Virus record (IMG/VR): IMGVR_UViG_3300025009_000068
Coordinates: 25,433-89,432 of that record
Length of the DNA: 64,000 nt
Strand: one strand, 5' to 3'
From: a virus
The notes below the pieces were generated by a model that saw only the letters and a program-made list of their open reading frames with translations, ran no database searches and had not been told where the DNA came from. How positions within the stretch are numbered: the stretch's first letter is position 1; each line of letters opens with the position of its first letter. Of the stretch, positions 58,963 to 64,000 are shown in pieces. A program made the translations under genes and the position numbers.

Positions 58963-58988
58963 CGCATCAAATTCTTCCTTCTTAACCG

Positions 58989-59417
58989 TCAAACCACTCC
59001 CCACTCCACCAACTCTCTCTTGTACTTCTCCCCCTCGGCATGGATCAGCGCATGCATCCTGATCGCCCCGTCATTTCCTTCACCGAGCACACCCCGGTCG
59101 ATAACGAACTCATCGCCCTCATCGAGAATGCACACACTCCCCGTTCCACTGCTGTTCCTTTTCCGCCTATCCACAAATCTCCAGTCCTTCAAGCGAAGCC
59201 GGCAGCGCGCCCGAGCTGGAGCGATGAGTGTGCCGTCCGGATTCTTTTCCTCTTCGAAGTCGAGGTAGAGGTCTACGTGGCGTGGGAGGGGGTTGGAGTA
59301 GAGATTGAGGGGAGGGTTTGAGTTGGGGAGAGGGTTGGAGTTGGAATGTGAGGCAAGAGATGACGTGGATTGCCTTGAAGGGGAAGGGCTGTCTTTGGTG
59401 TTGCCGTAATCAGTCAT
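58989..59417 (-). CDS. Hypothetical protein
   Basis: AAGGAG RBS; 142 aa. Confidence 0.5.
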   Translation of the reverse strand: MTDYGNTKDSPSPSRQSTSSLASHSNSNPLPNSNPPLNLYSNPLPRHVDLYLDFEEEKNPDGTLIAPARARCRLRLKDWRFVDRRKRNSSGTGSVCILDEGDEFVIDRGVLGEGNDGAIRMHALIHAEGEKYKRELVEWGVV

Positions 59418-59433
59418 GGATGCCTTTCTCCTT

Positions 59434-60162
59434 TCAAGGTTTCTTGTATTTCAACAGATCCTGTTTGATGACATAAGCTTTTCCGTGTTGCTCGCATAAG
59501 GCCACGGCATCTTCAAGAAACTTCCCCCAATCAATGGCGGCCGCCCGTTTGTCGTGGTTCCATTTTCCGATTTTGAACGTATCCACGTAGAGCATGGCGG
59601 CCTCCATAATCATCAGCGACTCGCTCGGCACAATGACTGGCTCGATACTGGCCCACGTCCGGATGTTTCTGGATTGAGCTCGGTAAAGCATTTCGATGCG
59701 ATTCATCGGAAGCGCGGCATTGGGCTCCCATTTCAGCGACAAGGCGCTACTGTAAAACGTGAGGGTAGCTCCAATCTGAGAGTTGGATGCCGACAAAAGA
59801 TCAAAATCGCGGCATGCTTCCATTCCTCCCTTGGTCAGAATGTTGACAGAGTTTCCATGGTCTGTGATGATTTTGATTGCGTCCCTTGTCCTCCAGTGCT
59901 CCGTGCCGATACAGTAGGGGTCGCACGAGAAGCACAAGAACACGGGTTCGGAAAGCTGGCCGACTCGCGTCATGTCCCGCTTCAATCGTTCAAGGACATC
60001 GGGGGCCGGGGTCACTTTCGAATGGAACTCTTTCCGACTCACGTAAAATGGAGCGTAGCAGTAGAGACAGCCATGAGTGCAGCCCTTGTAGAGATTAGCT
60101 GCATATCCATGGTCGGCATACTCACCGGCCCGGCCGGATGGCGTGTAAATTAAAGGCCTCAT
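59434..60162 (-). CDS. Radical SAM protein (spore-photoproduct-lyase-like family)
   Basis: NLYKGCTHGCLYCYA CxxxCxxC; DPY, ILTKG and WASIEP motifs. Confidence 0.85.
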   Translation of the reverse strand: MRPLIYTPSGRAGEYADHGYAANLYKGCTHGCLYCYAPFYVSRKEFHSKVTPAPDVLERLKRDMTRVGQLSEPVFLCFSCDPYCIGTEHWRTRDAIKIITDHGNSVNILTKGGMEACRDFDLLSASNSQIGATLTFYSSALSLKWEPNAALPMNRIEMLYRAQSRNIRTWASIEPVIVPSESLMIMEAAMLYVDTFKIGKWNHDKRAAAIDWGKFLEDAVALCEQHGKAYVIKQDLLKYKKP

Positions 60163-60324
60163 GATTTATTTTCCTCCCCTCACCTCCACCCTAATCCTCT
60201 GCAACCATCCACACACTCGAGCGGTCCACTTCCATCGATGCTCATGATGCTTGAAGTCGCTACATGTCCACGCCATTTTGAGGCGATGCTTTTTTGTCGG
60301 CATGATCGTGCCCCCCATTTTCCT

Positions 60325-60810
60325 TCAAGGATATTTCAAAAGCTTGGCGTCTCCCTTAACATACAATGGGTGCCATGGTGCTCCGTCTTTCGTGAGCTTC
60401 AAACATTTGATCTTTCCTTGTTCGCTCTCACGCCTCAATAATTCCATTACTTCCATGTCCCTATGCATATGTCTTCCGTGAGTGCCCCACGCAGCCACAA
60501 TCAACGCAACCTCTCTGGAATAAGCATCAACCCATGTATCATTTTCGGGGCCGACAGGGATGGGATGAGCTAACATGACCTTGGGGTCGGTAGCTCGAAC
60601 CGCAAACAGATTGCACATGACTATTCCGCCATATCCCCAGGATGCGGCAAACCGCATGCATCGCCTTATGGTGGGGTCGTCCTCGGTCTCGGTTGCAGTG
60701 GATGGATTAAGACCGATCCAAAGCATGCCAGGAAGACTGGTATTCCAAACCCTGGAAAGGGAATAGCGATACGTGCGGCATTTCGAGAATATGGCTGATT
60801 TTGTTATCAT
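60325..60810 (-). CDS. DUF1643 family protein
   Basis: CRTYRYSLSRVW..IGLNPSTA..DDPTIRR..NLFA.RATDP..AAWG..PWHPLY. Confidence 0.85.
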   Translation of the reverse strand: MITKSAIFSKCRTYRYSLSRVWNTSLPGMLWIGLNPSTATETEDDPTIRRCMRFAASWGYGGIVMCNLFAVRATDPKVMLAHPIPVGPENDTWVDAYSREVALIVAAWGTHGRHMHRDMEVMELLRRESEQGKIKCLKLTKDGAPWHPLYVKGDAKLLKYP

Positions 60811-60816
60811 GTTGTT

Positions 60817-61536
60817 TTACCCTTCTTTTATATTACCTCTTTTCCCTTCTTCGCCACAATCCCGAAACCCGCTCCACCCCATTTTACAAGCATAATTTAT
60901 GCATGCACTATACGAATGACACTCTTCCGCGATGCTGTTTCCCAGGCACTTATGCCGCTTCGTCCCCTCCTTTGCTTTGATCGGAAAGCACACCTTCACA
61001 TCCCCTTCTTCCTTCTCGCCCACTTCCTTCCCACCGCCACCCTTCCTCCGAACCTCCTTCCTCTCATACCGAGGCAACATCTTCTCCGCCATCTCCCGTG
61101 CAAGCTCCCGTTTCTCCCGGTGTGAGATTTCGGCGCAGCTCTGGCAGTACCCGGTAAACCTTCTGCTGTCGCTCCCGGTCCTGGCGATGGTGTACTCTTT
61201 CCCGCAGGTTCCCTTGCAGAGATACGTGATCGTGGCCTGTCCCGAAAAGAGCGAGCAGGACGGCCAGGTGATGCGGTGATTGTATTTCTGGTAGTTGGCA
61301 AGGTAGAATTTCGGGTTTTGCCTGGCTATTTCGTGGATGGCATCGATGTAGCCATTGGAGGTTGGGGATTCGGATTCTGATCCGGAAGCTATCTTACAGA
61401 AGAACCTGTTGAACTTGCCGCCATCCTTTCCATGAAGGTCGGAATCTACGTGGTTGCAGTGCCGGCATAGTGTTCCGTCGGGACCCGGGCCGTGGAGTGC
61501 TACCATGGGGTTTCTATGGCGTGGCTGGTATGACAT
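60817..61536 (-). CDS. Cys-rich hypothetical protein
   Basis: Multiple CxxC pairs. Confidence 0.5.
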   Translation of the reverse strand: MSYQPRHRNPMVALHGPGPDGTLCRHCNHVDSDLHGKDGGKFNRFFCKIASGSESESPTSNGYIDAIHEIARQNPKFYLANYQKYNHRITWPSCSLFSGQATITYLCKGTCGKEYTIARTGSDSRRFTGYCQSCAEISHREKRELAREMAEKMLPRYERKEVRRKGGGGKEVGEKEEGDVKVCFPIKAKEGTKRHKCLGNSIAEECHSYSACINYACKMGWSGFRDCGEEGKRGNIKEG

Positions 61537-61603
61537 GGCTGGGAAGGTTCTCCTTTCTTGGTGTCTTGGTGTCTTGGTGATTTATGTTTCGTGGCTCATC
61601 GCT

Positions 61604-61774
61604 TTATCGCTTCACTACTCGAGGCGCCGGGTTGGGTGCATGGCTGGGCTCAACGCGCCCTTCCGCCCTTGAAGCTCTCGCCGCGGCTTGGCAAAGCCCC
61701 ATGGCGAACATGCCGACAAACACTCCGACAAACAGGCCAAGAAGAAAAATGCTGATACTTGACAATGAAATCAT
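61604..61774 (-). CDS. Small membrane protein (56 aa, not in the ORF track)
   Basis: MISLSSISIFLLGLFVGVFVGMFAMGLCQAA...; ATGA overlap with the upstream fragment. Confidence 0.45.
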   Translation of the reverse strand: MISLSSISIFLLGLFVGVFVGMFAMGLCQAAARASRAEGRVEPSHAPNPAPRVVKR

Positions 61775-61950
61775 TTATCCCCTTCCCTTTTCCCCTCCCT
61801 CAATTCCATGATTGCCGCCATGAATTCCTCGATAAACACCGCTGCCGTCCTGGGGTTGATCGCATTTCCCGCAAGCCTCAAGAGTCCGACTCGGCTACCT
61901 TGCCACGCTTCTTTGGGGCTGAGCGGGAAAGTGGAGACTTGTCCTATGTT
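61771..61950 (-). pseudogene. C-terminal remnant of a cytosine-C5 DNA methyltransferase
   Basis: Start-less frame ...STFPLSPKEAWQGSRVGLLRLAGNAINPRTAAVFIEEF..., resembling motif X (GNAI) of phage C5-MTases. Confidence 0.5.
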
Positions 61951-61953
61951 CTA

Positions 61954-62475
61954 TCAGTCAGCAACCCGAACCAGGTGTCCCTTGGCTCCAGGTGCATCTC
62001 CCGGTAATCGCTTTACTACAAGAAATGGATCACCGTGCTTTTTGACTCTTTGATAGTGCTTCATGCACAAGCCAAGACCCTTGACTGGAGAATCGCAATA
62101 CTCACAAGTCCTGTTTGCGTTCTTGGATAGCCATTCTGCATGATGAGCCTTTACGTGACATGACATGCAAAGGGTAATCAAATTTCTGATGTCGTTGTTT
62201 AGTGGATCGTGGTCTTTGTGGTGGACTTGGAGGTACTCATTCCCGCCGCATTGTTCACATTCTGTTTTGGCAAATTTTGCAGATCGTGCTCGGCTTGTTT
62301 GTTCATTCAAAACCCTTATGCCTCTTATGGATAATCCAGAGCATGTCAGGTCACAAAATCGTCTTGCCATGAATCGCGTGAAATCTTCACGCCTTCCATT
62401 GTAATACTTTCTCTCCATTTTCTTTCCGCATTGCTCACAATATTTCGACGGACCTTCCTTGACGTGCTGAGGCAT
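61954..62475 (-). CDS. HNH endonuclease with Zn-finger motifs
   Basis: CEQCG; LQVHHKDHDPLNNDIRNLITLCMSCHVKAH; GLCMKHYQR. Confidence 0.8.
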   Translation of the reverse strand: MPQHVKEGPSKYCEQCGKKMERKYYNGRREDFTRFMARRFCDLTCSGLSIRGIRVLNEQTSRARSAKFAKTECEQCGGNEYLQVHHKDHDPLNNDIRNLITLCMSCHVKAHHAEWLSKNANRTCEYCDSPVKGLGLCMKHYQRVKKHGDPFLVVKRLPGDAPGAKGHLVRVAD

Positions 62476-63407
62476 GGTATCCCCCAATAAAAAAGCGCCA
62501 GGGGGTACCGGACCAACAACGGCCCCCGCATACCTTACGATATGCGGTTCCCTGACGCTAACTGAATGTCTTGAAACAAAAATAGCCATTACGGAGGCTC
62601 CCGGTTGTTGTTTGGTTTGGAGAGTATGCCTCAAATCAAGTATGAATGCAAGAAAAACACTTCGGTGGTTGACCTGTCATCGGCTACCTTGGTTTCGTCA
62701 ACAACATCCTTGGACGTCCTCATCCTCGTTCCCTCCGCCATTCCCCATTTATCCACGTCCCTCCTCTCCACCCAAAGCCTCCCATCCCCAATTCACAAGA
62801 GCCATAAGCCCCGCCATTGCCCCGCCGCAGATTATGCCGACCGCCGCACAGGTCCAAAAGAGTTGCCATCCTTGAAGATCGAGAAGTGATTGCATGGTTT
62901 GTATCCCTTCCTACTAGATATCCATCTCTACTAGACATCCCTCCCTGCCGGATAAAGAGAAAGAAGAGAAATGATTAAAGCGGCTCCAGCATTCGGCGCG
63001 GTACACGACACCCTTCAGACCTATGCGCCGGTCGCTCTTGCGGAGTGGTGCTCTCGGAGCCGCTGATTGGATTGCTGCGTCATGCCGATCGGTTCCGCCG
63101 CCGGGACTCACGACCGATGTCTCGAAGGCGACGGCGCTTCGTGATGGCGTTGGCTTGTCTGCCACGGTTGGCGTCGGCGCGGGATACTCCCCGATTACTA
63201 AACCAACTCCGCTGCTCGGGGCGCACCGACCCATGAAACATATTGAATATGCTCATAACGGAGCTACGCAACAATGATCCATGTTCTCTTCTAACCAAGG
63301 TTGGCGAGTCATAGAATATCTTTTCTTTGGTATCAAGTGCTGCTTGGTGAGTCGGTCGATTCACGATTCTACCCCTTCCTTGTTCTTCTCGTTACTTGCT
63401 CTTCTCG

Positions 63408-63986
63408 TTACTTGCCATCATCGCCGCCCATCGCCTCCCCATCCATCGGCACCTTCCCACCCTCCACCACCTTCTTCCGTCTTCTCTCCTCCTGAAACGC
63501 CTTCAGATTCTCAGGCACACCCCTCGCTTTCGCAGCCTCGGACCTCGCCGCGGACAACGACTTGGCCATGAGGGAAGTTTTCAGCCTCATCCCGTGCTTC
63601 TGCTTGTACTCTTTGGGAGAGAGGCCGTGAAGAAAGAGGTGCTTCTGCGTGAGCTGCTTGAACTCTTTCCCGCATTCCAGGCAGATTACCTTGTCTTCCT
63701 GGATGGAGTCGGCAGGGGAGATAGTTGGGGAGATGGCGGGGAAAGCAGAGTTGGGAGTGGAGAGAGAGGCGTCAAAATCTTCCCCTTCAAGGCCTTCTTT
63801 TCCGAGCTTGTCCTTGAAGGATGGATGGAAGCCGGGAAAGAAAAGAGAGATCCCGCCACCATCTCTTCTGCTCACGGAAAGTTCTTCCATCTCCCTCTTC
63901 CTCATTCCGAGAAGGGTGGAGAACGCCCCTTCGAGATAGCCCTGGATCTCCTCGACCGTCATCCCGCGCTGCACCGCCTGGCTCAT
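63408..63986 (-). CDS. Ros/MucR-family transcriptional regulator (N-terminus may extend past the window)
   Basis: SIQEDKVICLECGKEFKQLTQKHL..HGLSPKEYKQKHG. Confidence 0.8.
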   Translation of the reverse strand: MSQAVQRGMTVEEIQGYLEGAFSTLLGMRKREMEELSVSRRDGGGISLFFPGFHPSFKDKLGKEGLEGEDFDASLSTPNSAFPAISPTISPADSIQEDKVICLECGKEFKQLTQKHLFLHGLSPKEYKQKHGMRLKTSLMAKSLSAARSEAAKARGVPENLKAFQEERRRKKVVEGGKVPMDGEAMGGDDGK

Positions 63987-64000
63987 GGTGAGTTGTGCCA

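Noticed and set aside
1-64000. Integrase, IntI, CI repressor, tRNA or rRNA genes
   Set aside because: No tyrosine or serine recombinase motifs, S24 peptidase repressor, or tRNA cloverleaf with T/D-loop consensus was recognised; they may lie outside the window.

Overview
The window is about 64 kb of a tailed dsDNA phage or prophage with podovirus-like head, adaptor and nozzle architecture; both ends are truncated. The MucR-like regulator and the apparent use of selenocysteine point tentatively to an anaerobic deltaproteobacterial (Desulfobacterota-like) host. Layout: virion, packaging and lysis genes on the minus strand (1-31.2 kb); a non-coding divergent switch with a sigma70 promoter and operator (31.3-32.1 kb); small early genes; a minus-strand DNA-metabolism block; an iteron-rich origin next to a primase-helicase (42.2-45.7 kb); a plus-strand recombination/replication operon (46-56.4 kb); and a minus-strand accessory block (59-64 kb). 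Main discoveries: (1) an integron-type gene-cassette array with five attC sites (56.7-58.4 kb) inside the phage operon, with no integrase in the window; (2) one cassette encodes a probable selenoprotein, a PAPS/APS-reductase-family protein with an in-frame UGA in a UxxC motif followed by a bacterial SECIS-like hairpin; (3) a 9-bp palindrome, CCTTSAAGG, present at least 27 times; (4) six proteins in the virion module with apparent Sec signal peptides. All family assignments come from recognising motifs by eye, not from database searches.
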